A stretch of DNA of 64,000 nt. Origin: Histomonas meleagridis 2922-C6/04-290x. Taxonomy: Eukaryota > Protista > Parabasalia. Under the pieces are notes generated by a model that was not told the origin of the DNA, searched no databases, and worked only from the letters and a program-made list of their open reading frames with translations. Both the position numbers and the translations under genes were made by a program. Numbering within the stretch: the stretch's first letter is position 1; each line of letters starts with the position of its first letter. Shown here piece by piece: positions 10,719 through 20,591 of the stretch. Where the stretch lies: the NCBI GenBank assembly GCA_020184695.1, contig JAANOX010000205.1, forward strand, positions 434,001-498,000, written 5' to 3'.

Positions 10719-11333
10719 TTACCATTCATTAAGAAATTCCAATCCAAAGTCCATAGCATAATCCTCGTCTTCTAATTGTGTGGAGAATTCTGGTGATTCC
10801 TCTTCAACGAAATATTTAGGTATATTTTGTGTTTCGTTCATTGTAATTTGTTCTTTTATATTTTCTTGTTGAGTATTATATATATCATTTGGATTTGATA
10901 ATGAAACTCTTTGTAATTGATTCAAATTTGGTTGATTTATGTTATTTTCTGACTGCGTTTGTGATGGTTGTATATAATTGTTATTTTGGGAATATATTTC
11001 ATTAAACCTCCGAAGGCAACTAAATCTATTGCGAATATTAATCGATGTTCGACCTGGAAAATATTTCTCCATTAATTTCCATTTAGGACCAATTTCTTTA
11101 TATTTTATCCTTAAAAATTCATCTTCTTCTGGACTCCACTTTCTTTTTACGGGAATTACTTTCAAGTGATATTGCCATCTTTCACGACATTGGCGTACCG
11201 AACGATTTGGCATTCCAGATGCAATTAGACCCCATTCATTTTCCCCGTATTTTTGAACAAGAAATTTAAGTGTCTCATCTTTTTCGCGTGTAAAATGTAT
11301 TCTTTTGAGTTGTAATTTATCCTGAATTGTCAT
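10719..11333 (-). CDS. R2R3 Myb transcription factor (paralog B, tandem duplicate of 8780-9382)
   Basis: Near-identical Myb repeats (MPNRSVRQCRERW, IGPKWKLME..FPGRTSI.IRNRF.CLRRFNEIY) with a diverged acidic tail. Confidence 0.92.
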   Translation of the reverse strand: MTIQDKLQLKRIHFTREKDETLKFLVQKYGENEWGLIASGMPNRSVRQCRERWQYHLKVIPVKRKWSPEEDEFLRIKYKEIGPKWKLMEKYFPGRTSINIRNRFSCLRRFNEIYSQNNNYIQPSQTQSENNINQPNLNQLQRVSLSNPNDIYNTQQENIKEQITMNETQNIPKYFVEEESPEFSTQLEDEDYAMDFGLEFLNEW

Positions 11334-11360
11334 TCTTGGTGCAAAATGATGTGAATTTTA

Positions 11361-11455
11361 TAACCGTTGTTTTTTTCAATGAGTTTCTAAAGGTATTCAA
11401 TGTGTATTGAATTCTTCACAAATGATTAGCTGGGAAACTTTTTCTGTGCCATTCA
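11361..11455 (-). promoter_or_regulatory. Conserved upstream element of Myb paralog B (third, diverged copy of the 54-bp element) plus an M3 site
   Basis: The minus strand reads TTTGAATGGCACAGAAAAAGTTTCCCAGCTAATCATTTGTGAAGAATTCAATACACATTGAAT, homologous to 9428-9481. TAACCGTT lies at 11361-11368. Confidence 0.7.
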
Positions 11456-12194
11456 AAAGTCGGATTCTTCCCAATTTCAGGCGGCCAACTAAAGCTGAAA
11501 CAATAAATTTTCAAATGTTATTTTCTGAATTAAAATGTGTTAAAAAAAATTCATAAGCAAAACAACTATAAGAATAAGTAAAAGTCATGATATCAAATTT
11601 TAACTTCAAATGAGCTGATCAGCTCTATAAAACAAAACAAAATAAAAAAGTAATCAAAAACCAAAGCGCCTTTTAAGTTCCTTTTCAAACACAACACTTT
11701 CTACCAAAAAACTTTATATGTTTGGTGATTTTTAATAATTATTTATTTTTTTAAATCATCGAATTTCTTTTATTAGAAGGCACTATCTTTAAGGAAAAAT
11801 TTTTAAAATTCAAAACATCAGATTGTTTGACTTTTTCTGAAATTTTCTTCATGAAAAAATGTTTAATAAATGATTTCATAGAAGGTAACCAGCACTTTAA
11901 TTTTTATTCCACAAAACAAGAAAATCATTTTTTTTTTTCAATTCAAATAAAATTTTAAATAATTTTTTAAATTTAAAACAATAGTTATTAAATCTCACAT
12001 TTTTTTTTAAAACACCACCAAAACCATCTATCCTGTGTGACAACTACAACTCTTGAGAGTATGGAATTTTTTTTTTCAACAAATTTAACAAAAAGAAAAA
12101 TAGCCATAAACGTCCTCCCAAATTTGAAAATAATTTTAACGAATTTTAATCAAAATTTTGAGGGGTGTAATAAACTGTTTGTTTACATTTATTT

Positions 12195-15005
12195 ATGAAA
12201 CAAAAATGGATTTATATTACAGACGCAAATGATATAGCTCATGCAAAACCTGCCAACAATTTTTTACGAATGAAAGCAAATGAAATATTAAAAACAATGG
12301 GATTTGACAATAACAAATACATATTGAAAATTAAAACGCCATTATATTCGAAAGAGATTTCACCAAAAGCACGAGTTCTTAAAAGGTATCCAAATTTATT
12401 ATTAACAAATAAGCCAGATCAATATGATCATCCAGCGTTCTCACTTTCTATAGAACCGATTACTAAAAAACGAATTGTATCTTTGTTCGTTGATGTCAAA
12501 ACCACGAATCAAATAGAAATTCCATCTTTTTGTGTCGATATAAATCTTACTGAAAATAAATCTGGTCAAGAATTACTCCAAAAAATGGACGAATCATTCC
12601 AACTTCCTCACACAGATGGTTTTTGTTCATCTATTAATCCAACTGATAGTATACAAAGCATATATAAACATTCCAAGAAGAACAAATTAACTTTTAAATG
12701 CACACTTACCACTGAATCTCTTCATATTATTGCCCAGCGTCAAAACATAATCAATGAAATCATTAAAACAGAATCCAATTATGTATCAAATTTATCTGTC
12801 ATATTAAATTATTGGCAACCCAAGATCAAGAACTCGAAAATTTTCACGGACATTGACATCAACAAGATCTTCAAAGGCATTCCAGCCATATATAAATGTC
12901 ATTTCTTATTTTTAGAGAATTTACGCAATCAAATCATCTCATACAGTACCATTGTTTCTGATGCTTTTTTAGAATTTTCTGATTATTTCAAAGTTTCTTT
13001 ACCATACATCTCCAACTATCCCAACATGATTCAATTGTTAACGCCTAAGATGAATAATCGAACACTTTTATTTCTTGATAAAGACGGGAATCAATTTTCA
13101 TCATTTCTCATATTACCAGTTCAACGCATGCCACAATACTTATTATTTCTCCGGCAATTAATAAAATATACTCCTAGTTCTCATCCAGATTCATCACGTC
13201 TAAAATTAGCGTTAAATAAAATCGAAAAAGTTACGTTCGAAATGGATAAAGCATCGAAAAATGCGCAAAAGATTAATGACGTATTAATATTACAACAAAA
13301 GTTAACAAAACATATTCAACTTGTCGAAGCTTCACGTTATATTAAAAGGATTATTAATGTGAAATATAAAAATCGGAATTATAAATTTTATTTATTTAAT
13401 GACTTAATTACTATAAATCAATTCGATAAGAAAACAGAAACAATTTTATATTATCAAAAAATTATAAATTTTAAATATTTCCCTTCCTTTAATTCTTTGT
13501 CATTTTTCGATAAAAATAAATTACGAAAAATACAATTCGAAAGTTCAAGTGATTATTCATTAATTATTACACAAATAGAACAAATTCGAAAAGAATTATA
13601 TCAACGAATTAATGAAATTGACATTGATAATATGTTTATATGGAGTAATCCAACATTATTAAAGAAATTACCATTAGCAATTGAATCACGCTCACTTACA
13701 TATGAAAACATATTTTATTATTTTACTAATTGTAATTTAATCATTTTAGATCCATATAAATTATCCTTAAATTTAATACATTTAAAACAACAACGTTTTG
13801 GTTATTCTTTATGTAATAATAAGAATTTATTTTATTTAATTGGAGGTGTTAATAATCATAAAGAATATTTTAATGATATTATTGAGTTTAATTGTAATAC
13901 GAAACAATTTATTAAAATTAATACAATAAATTCCGAAATATTTGAACCTCGTTGTGAACATACATCGATTATATATTCAAATAAAATTTATATTTTTGGA
14001 GGAAGAAACAAAGAGAAATATTTTAATACAATAATATGTTTTTCTTTATTAGAAAATAAATTTTATGAAATCGATGTTAAAAATCAAACATTACCGAATC
14101 AAAGATCTTTACATTCTGCGATATTAAAACAAAATTATATGTTAATTTATGGCGGACGGAATCATCGAATTGTATTTAATGACATTTGGTTATTTGATTT
14201 AATGAATTATAAATGGAATCAAATAACTTCGAATAATATCCCTAAAAGATTCGGTCATAACACTATAAATATTAATGATTATATAATAAACATCGGCGGT
14301 ACTAACGATGGAATTAATGGAATTCCGATTCTAATATATAAATTAAATGGATATAATATCGAAAAGGTTCAACAATATGAATCGTTTGGTAATTTCCCGA
14401 ATTTAATCATAAACTTTGGTATTTGTTCTGACATTGAGAACAAGTTAATCATGTTTCATGTTTCATCTTTTTTCATCATTACATTACCGAAAATTATCAT
14501 AAACGAAATCGAAAGCATTAAAATTAATAATAAGAAACGAAGTGAAACAATTAAAGATATTAAAGCACATTACTTTAAAGATAATAATAATATGTTTAGT
14601 AAAGATACAACATCAACATTACATATGTATCGAACTACAAGACAAAACTCAACAATTAATAACTTTAATATGATTCGAGGAGAAGAAAATGTGAAAAATG
14701 ATGACGATGAAGACGATGAAGAAAATTCGTTCCAATCTTCTTCTGAAACATTTAGCTCGGAACAAAGTAATAATTCGAGTAAAGACTTCAGAAGAAAGAA
14801 ATCATTGGATATGATCCCAATTAAAGAGGATATTTATAAGAAGAAGCAAAGAAAATATACTTTGCAACCACTGAAAAGAGAAAACGGTGTAAAAAAAAGA
14901 AATATGAAACATAACATGAGAAATGCAAGCAGATTGAATTTTAGTGAGGAAGAACTACAAAATGAGGCAGACAGGGAAAAGGATAAATCAATTTTGGAAT
15001 CATAA
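12195..15005 (+). CDS. RhoGEF (DH-PH) protein with Kelch repeats
   Basis: DH motifs RQNIINEIIKTESNYVSNL and FLILPVQRMPQYLLFLRQLIKYTP. Kelch blades contain FYLIGG, IYIFGGR, MLIYGGR..FNDIWLFD and IINIGG. Confidence 0.9.
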   Translation: MKQKWIYITDANDIAHAKPANNFLRMKANEILKTMGFDNNKYILKIKTPLYSKEISPKARVLKRYPNLLLTNKPDQYDHPAFSLSIEPITKKRIVSLFVDVKTTNQIEIPSFCVDINLTENKSGQELLQKMDESFQLPHTDGFCSSINPTDSIQSIYKHSKKNKLTFKCTLTTESLHIIAQRQNIINEIIKTESNYVSNLSVILNYWQPKIKNSKIFTDIDINKIFKGIPAIYKCHFLFLENLRNQIISYSTIVSDAFLEFSDYFKVSLPYISNYPNMIQLLTPKMNNRTLLFLDKDGNQFSSFLILPVQRMPQYLLFLRQLIKYTPSSHPDSSRLKLALNKIEKVTFEMDKASKNAQKINDVLILQQKLTKHIQLVEASRYIKRIINVKYKNRNYKFYLFNDLITINQFDKKTETILYYQKIINFKYFPSFNSLSFFDKNKLRKIQFESSSDYSLIITQIEQIRKELYQRINEIDIDNMFIWSNPTLLKKLPLAIESRSLTYENIFYYFTNCNLIILDPYKLSLNLIHLKQQRFGYSLCNNKNLFYLIGGVNNHKEYFNDIIEFNCNTKQFIKINTINSEIFEPRCEHTSIIYSNKIYIFGGRNKEKYFNTIICFSLLENKFYEIDVKNQTLPNQRSLHSAILKQNYMLIYGGRNHRIVFNDIWLFDLMNYKWNQITSNNIPKRFGHNTININDYIINIGGTNDGINGIPILIYKLNGYNIEKVQQYESFGNFPNLIINFGICSDIENKLIMFHVSSFFIITLPKIIINEIESIKINNKKRSETIKDIKAHYFKDNNNMFSKDTTSTLHMYRTTRQNSTINNFNMIRGEENVKNDDDEDDEENSFQSSSETFSSEQSNNSSKDFRRKKSLDMIPIKEDIYKKKQRKYTLQPLKRENGVKKRNMKHNMRNASRLNFSEEELQNEADREKDKSILES

Positions 15006-15804
15006 ATTGTTGTTAAAAATAAAAATATAAATGCGAGCGAATTTTGTTTTTATTTGATATGAAACAGGGCGAAGTTTTGGTGGAACGAATAGAGAAAAAG
15101 TTGTAAATTAAAGACCCAACTATTCAAATTAGGCAATTCCACTGTGCGTTAAGTCTATCATGTTTACAATAAATTTAATTGACATCGACAATATTCAATA
15201 ATCAAAAGATTTACAAAAAATTGTAATTTGATCAATCTTTTGAGATATCAAAAATTTTATTAATTTTATTTGTAAATTATGCTTATCTTTAGTGGATTAA
15301 GACAGTACATAACTCAGTTTTGTATGTTTTTGGTTGAAGCATTTTCTTAGGTTTACTCACATCGTTCCGTTTTTTTGAAGAAATCATTTTCAACGCACTC
15401 ATAGAAAAAAAAAAGATTACTTGTTATTTGAGACATTTTTCAGTTTGTTATGGTCTTCTAAACCGAAATTTGAATACAGAAAAATTAAAAATTAAACCTA
15501 TACAACCGTTGTGGAGAACAAAACGAGGCAAACTCAAATCGATGAAAAGATTAATTTTAAAAACTTGTTGAACATAACCTAATTCATATGAATGTATACA
15601 CACACACGCACCTTAAAACCACATAAACTACTAGAATTTTATGGGGTTTCAAATATTTGTAATCTTTTTGTTTCGTTCGAACGAAGATTACCGCACAAAG
15701 TGTTGAAATAGTACTAAATTTTCAATGCACTGTCAAACCAGAAATCAAAAGTTTTGAAACTATTCAAAACGACTTTTTGAAAGAAAATTTCTTCATTTCA
15801 CAAA

Positions 15805-16311
15805 ATGAAGTGCAATGTTGTGTTTTTTGGAGATAAACGCGTTGGTAAATCATCATTGATCAGACGTTTCGTTGATGGCATTTTTGTGCAAAATCCTGTT
15901 CCAGTTATTGGTTCAAACATTCAAGATCATTCAATTGTTATAGACGATGAAAATGTTGAATATAAAATATTTGATCAATGTGGATCAGAAGAATTCCCAA
16001 CTGTAAGAAAAATGAGGATAAAACAAGGAAATTGTTATCTCATAAATTATTCAATTGAAAACCAAACATCATTCGAGTCAGTCGAAGAATATTACAAATA
16101 TATTATAGAAGTTGTAGGTAAAGATGTTCCAATCATAATATGTGCAAATAAATGCGATCTTGAGGAAGAGCGTGCTGTATCTAAATTAAGTGGTGAGGGC
16201 CTTGCCAAAAGATTGGGAGTGGAATGCATTGAGACATCAGCATTATCCAACATAAATGTTGATGATACATTTATTACCCTTGCCAGAATGGTTCGCAAAT
16301 CATCAAAGTAA
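15805..16311 (+). CDS. Ras/Rap-family small GTPase lacking a C-terminal CaaX
   Basis: G1 GDKRVGKS, G3 DQCGSEEF, G4 NKCD, G5 ETSA. The protein ends RKSSK*. Confidence 0.88.
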   Translation: MKCNVVFFGDKRVGKSSLIRRFVDGIFVQNPVPVIGSNIQDHSIVIDDENVEYKIFDQCGSEEFPTVRKMRIKQGNCYLINYSIENQTSFESVEEYYKYIIEVVGKDVPIIICANKCDLEEERAVSKLSGEGLAKRLGVECIETSALSNINVDDTFITLARMVRKSSK

Positions 16312-16699
16312 AGCAATGCAAACATCTTGTTTTTGAGAAAAAAACAATATGAGGAATGAGTGTTGATCATCGATGTTTTGACAATAAATATGTTTTCATA
16401 AAGCAAGTAACAAACTTTGTATTTATTTATAAAACAGGATTTTTGTGTTTCTGATGCAATTTTATGCCTTTGCCATGAATACCAACAATTTTTGCAAAAA
16501 TGAATATTAGGTGATTTTAATTAAAATTTGGTGTTTTTCAATTTTAACATTTTGATTATTTGCCATATCTTATCTTGATTATTTCATTAATTAATGAAGT
16601 TGCTAATCATTCTTTTAAAGTTTTTCAAAAGAAAAAAAGATATCATTGTCACTTTTTATTTATGATTACGGTTTCATAAGATCTAACCTGAATGTCTTC

Positions 16700-17557
16700 A
16701 TGCTTGATATCTTAAACAAAATATCAGATGACATTAAAAGTAAAAAGGCTGAATTACATATTGACAAAATTATAAATGAATATATGATTGAAATCATCGA
16801 AAAATGCAAACAATCTGAATTATTGAAAGATATAGTTCAGAAATTAAAACAACTACCAAATGAATTATCTTCTGAATATATTTTTAGGAGCTCTATTACT
16901 GTAACAATTCAAAGTTTTTTGGCTCAACATAATTTGGAAAAATTAGATGAGTTACTTATTAACTATCTAAATGAAAGCTACAACGCATTGACAAAATGCA
17001 AAGAAAGGTATGTGTTTAGTGTTGAATTAAAGGAATATGAAGATAAGTTATCTCGAGTTATTTCTATTCCAACCAAAGTCTCTTTATCAGACTTTGGCAT
17101 TGGTATTATATTAGCCTTCCGTGGTAATTTCACCCATCTTATGCAATTTAAAATTCGTTCGAAATATTACGGGATTTTTAATGAAGACTATGATGATGAA
17201 GAAAATGCAGTAGACTGGATTTTAGATAAACTCAAGTTAACAGAAAGTACAAAAATATCCTTTGAATATGATTTTGGTGAAGGATATAAATTTAATGTAA
17301 AATTAATTGGACGCGAAAATGAATCAATTTCACCATACCCATACGTAAAAGACGGTAAAGGTCATGGGATATGGGAAGATAATTACCATTTCCTTCGAAT
17401 GTATTATGAAGATCCAAATGCTTCAGTAGCCGATTACATTGGAGAAGACAAAGCTGTAAAGGATTTATACAATTTTAATCAGGAAGAATATAACCAGAAT
17501 GAAATTAATGAATATATTTCCAACCTCTTCATGATTTGTCATAAAAATTGTAGATAA
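16700..17557 (+). CDS. pRiA4b ORF-3-like (MM3350-like) domain protein, bacterial type
   Basis: YVFSVEL...RVISIPTKVSLSDF..IILAF....HLMQF and ISFEYDFGEGYKFNVKL...YPYVKDGKGHGIWED match the family pattern (YxYDFGDxW; YPxxxxGxGxxxxED). First ATG at 16700; the track starts at a TTG (16646). Confidence 0.7.
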   Translation: MLDILNKISDDIKSKKAELHIDKIINEYMIEIIEKCKQSELLKDIVQKLKQLPNELSSEYIFRSSITVTIQSFLAQHNLEKLDELLINYLNESYNALTKCKERYVFSVELKEYEDKLSRVISIPTKVSLSDFGIGIILAFRGNFTHLMQFKIRSKYYGIFNEDYDDEENAVDWILDKLKLTESTKISFEYDFGEGYKFNVKLIGRENESISPYPYVKDGKGHGIWEDNYHFLRMYYEDPNASVADYIGEDKAVKDLYNFNQEEYNQNEINEYISNLFMICHKNCR

Positions 17558-17903
17558 ATTTTTTTTGAAATATTTTTTAGATGCTAAAAATATTATTCAA
17601 TGAATAAAATGTTATAGTTAACTTACATTTAAAATATTTGAGCACAATTCATTAAATTGATTCAAAATTTGAAATTTTCCTTTATCCAATTATAAAATAC
17701 ATATAACTTTCTTTGAAAGTAATAATGAAAATAAATCATTTTTTAATCAAAAGAAATTATGAATCACACGAAGAAAGACAAGACACAAATATAAACTTCA
17801 GAATAACTTAATAAAGCTCATAAAATTTTTTGAACTGCGAAAATCAATACAATATAATCGTTAATCTTGAGAAATTTCTCCTCGACCATTTCTTTAATTC
17901 TTC

Positions 17904-20387
17904 ATGGAAGTTAACATAAACAATGTTAATGTTAGCTTCCCTTATCAACCATATCCAGTTCAGAATGATTTTATGTCCAAAGTAATTGAGTCAATTGATA
18001 CAGGGCAATATGCTCTCCTTGAGTCTCCGACTGGAACAGGAAAAACACTTTCGTTACTTTGTTCTGCCCTTTCATGGCGGCGTCAAAATAAAGCAGAAGT
18101 TCAAATTGTTTATGCATCTCGAACACATTCTCAACTTTCAAACGTAATGAAAGAACTTAAAAAGACAGTTTTCCGTCCTTCTGTTTCACACGTTGCTTCA
18201 CGATCTATTTTATGCTTAAATGATTTTGTCAGAAATCGGGATGTTGGAGATCAAGCACGTTTTTGTTATCAAGTAAGAAAACTTCGAACATGTATCTATG
18301 CCAACGACCAACAAATTATTTCCGCTGCTGAAACTCTTTTAAACAGATGTCTAGACATTGAAGAATTCATAGCTGAATGTGATAATTTTCGAGTTTGTCC
18401 ATATTTCACAGCCCAAATTAATTCCAAAAAAGCCGGATTAGTTCTCACACCATACACATATCTTGTAGATCCAATTGTTAGCAGTTACATGCCTATGGAA
18501 TATATGAGTGGATCTATTCTTATTCTTGACGAAGCCCATAACTTCCCAGATCAATGTTCCAACAGCATGTCTTTTGATCTTCCGTTTTATCTTGTTAGCA
18601 AAGCGCATGCTGCCCTAACTAAAATCCATAACGCGAACTTTGCTGTAGCCCAAAGTCAGACTACTATTGATTTTTTTAAAGTTGGGGTTGCTCGTGCAGC
18701 AATGGAACGCCTTTATCGCACACTTCTTTCACTCGAAAGCGACAGCGAATTTTCACAAATCATTTCATTGAAACAAACCGAAAACAATTTCCAAGCTTTA
18801 CAAAAGGACGTTAATTTTCTCTTTCAAATTTTTGACTCAGCAAAAATTGATGAAGTCACCGGCACATCTATTCGTCTTACACTTGATGATGTTTTAGCTC
18901 AAGCTATTCCATTAGGTCTTGAAAATGACTCTACATATGCACTTGAACGTGTAATGCATTTTCTTCAAACCGTTTTTCATAACAGTCAAATTAATCGGCA
19001 AGAGGATTATCAATACCTTAACAGCCTATATACTGTTTGCCTTACTAATCAGCCCGCTATTTCGCTTTTATGTTTTTCATCGAATCCAGGATTTATGCGA
19101 ATTATCAATGAGAAAAAACCACGAACAGTTATTCTTACATCGGGAACACTTTCGCCAATGGACTCATTTGCGCAAGAGATTGATCCCTCCAACCAATTAT
19201 TTCCGATACGTTTAGAGAATAATCATGTTGCTAATCCTAACCAAATATTTGTTGGAATTGTTGGCAAAGGCGTTGATAACAATCGATTTCATTTTGTTTA
19301 TACCAATCGTAAGAGCGATAAACTCAAAAAAGATTGCGTCAAATCATTAGCCACCATTTATAACATTGTTCCATCAGGCGCGTTAACATTTTTCCCATCA
19401 TTTTCTATGCTTGAGGAATACGCGCCACTTCTTCTTGAATCCAACCAAAGTAAAAAGCGGATTTTTATCGAACCACGAAACGCATCGAAGATGCAGTTAG
19501 TGTTTAATAACTTCCAACAAGCTGCTCCTAAAGGCGCTGCGTTGATGGCGGTGTGTCGCGGCAAGATGTCGGAAGGCTTAGACTTTGCCGACGATTTCGC
19601 GCGGTGCGTTTGCGTCGTCGGAATTCCGTTTCCAAATTACTCCGATTTCCACGTCGAGTTTAAGAGGGAATGGCTGGAGAGAAGGCAAGCGGGAAGCGGC
19701 AAGAAATGGTACATCGAATCCGCCATTCGAGCCGTGAACCAAGCTATAGGCCGCGCGATTCGGCATAAGGATGATTACGCGGCCATCCTATTAATGGATG
19801 AAAGGTATAACGGGTTCAAGAACTTAATATCGAAATGGATTCGTCCATCAATACATGTAATTGATAATTGGGAAAAACTAATTTCGGAATTACAAAATTT
19901 CTTTTTTGAGAAAGAGAATATTATTTACACTGAAAATAAAACGAAAGTGATGATGAGTAATAAAAATATTACAAAAAATAGTATTAAAAAATTGGATAAA
20001 AAAGAAGAAGAAAAAGAAATTGTTCCATTACATAAAAGAAAAGTAGACGATTCAAGGCCCGTTTCACTTCAAATGTCGCACTCAAAAGAATTCAAACAAA
20101 AACTGACACCGATAGATATGCAAAAAGGTCTCGCGTCACTTTTTACATTGTCAAAAACAGATTCACAACAAAACTTAAAACAAGATAAAAGCCAAGTGAA
20201 AATTAAACAAAATGATATCTTCGAGAAATTGGCTGAAAAGGCAAAATTTAAAGAAGAAAAAATTTGCGCTTTTTGTAATAAAAAAGAAGGTCAAATGAAG
20301 AAAATGAAATGTTCGCATTTTGTCTGTTTGGAATGTTTCGACTTTATGTCAAGTCTACAAATGAAATGTCCAAAATGTAAGAAATAA
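17904..20387 (+). CDS. XPD-family Fe-S DNA helicase (RTEL1/FANCJ-like) with a C-terminal RING finger
   Basis: PYQPYPVQ, LLESPTGTGKTLSLLC, SRTHSQL, Fe-S cysteines, DEAH, TSGTLSP, RGKMSEGLDF and QAIGRAIRHKDDY. The C-terminus is CAFC..CSHFVCLEC..CPKC. Confidence 0.93.
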   Translation: MEVNINNVNVSFPYQPYPVQNDFMSKVIESIDTGQYALLESPTGTGKTLSLLCSALSWRRQNKAEVQIVYASRTHSQLSNVMKELKKTVFRPSVSHVASRSILCLNDFVRNRDVGDQARFCYQVRKLRTCIYANDQQIISAAETLLNRCLDIEEFIAECDNFRVCPYFTAQINSKKAGLVLTPYTYLVDPIVSSYMPMEYMSGSILILDEAHNFPDQCSNSMSFDLPFYLVSKAHAALTKIHNANFAVAQSQTTIDFFKVGVARAAMERLYRTLLSLESDSEFSQIISLKQTENNFQALQKDVNFLFQIFDSAKIDEVTGTSIRLTLDDVLAQAIPLGLENDSTYALERVMHFLQTVFHNSQINRQEDYQYLNSLYTVCLTNQPAISLLCFSSNPGFMRIINEKKPRTVILTSGTLSPMDSFAQEIDPSNQLFPIRLENNHVANPNQIFVGIVGKGVDNNRFHFVYTNRKSDKLKKDCVKSLATIYNIVPSGALTFFPSFSMLEEYAPLLLESNQSKKRIFIEPRNASKMQLVFNNFQQAAPKGAALMAVCRGKMSEGLDFADDFARCVCVVGIPFPNYSDFHVEFKREWLERRQAGSGKKWYIESAIRAVNQAIGRAIRHKDDYAAILLMDERYNGFKNLISKWIRPSIHVIDNWEKLISELQNFFFEKENIIYTENKTKVMMSNKNITKNSIKKLDKKEEEKEIVPLHKRKVDDSRPVSLQMSHSKEFKQKLTPIDMQKGLASLFTLSKTDSQQNLKQDKSQVKIKQNDIFEKLAEKAKFKEEKICAFCNKKEGQMKKMKCSHFVCLECFDFMSSLQMKCPKCKK

Positions 20388-20591
20388 ATAGAATTTGTTT
20401 GTAAATGTTTTTTTAAATCATATCAATTGATTTGTCAATATTAAGAAATTACTCATTCTGTTTCTGATTTATTTATTTATTTATTTATTTAGAATCAGTT
20501 TAACAATATCAAAAAGAAAAAAAAAATTATTTCATTAAATATTTATAAATTCATAAATTTACATTAACAACTTTCAAAAGAAAAAATATTT

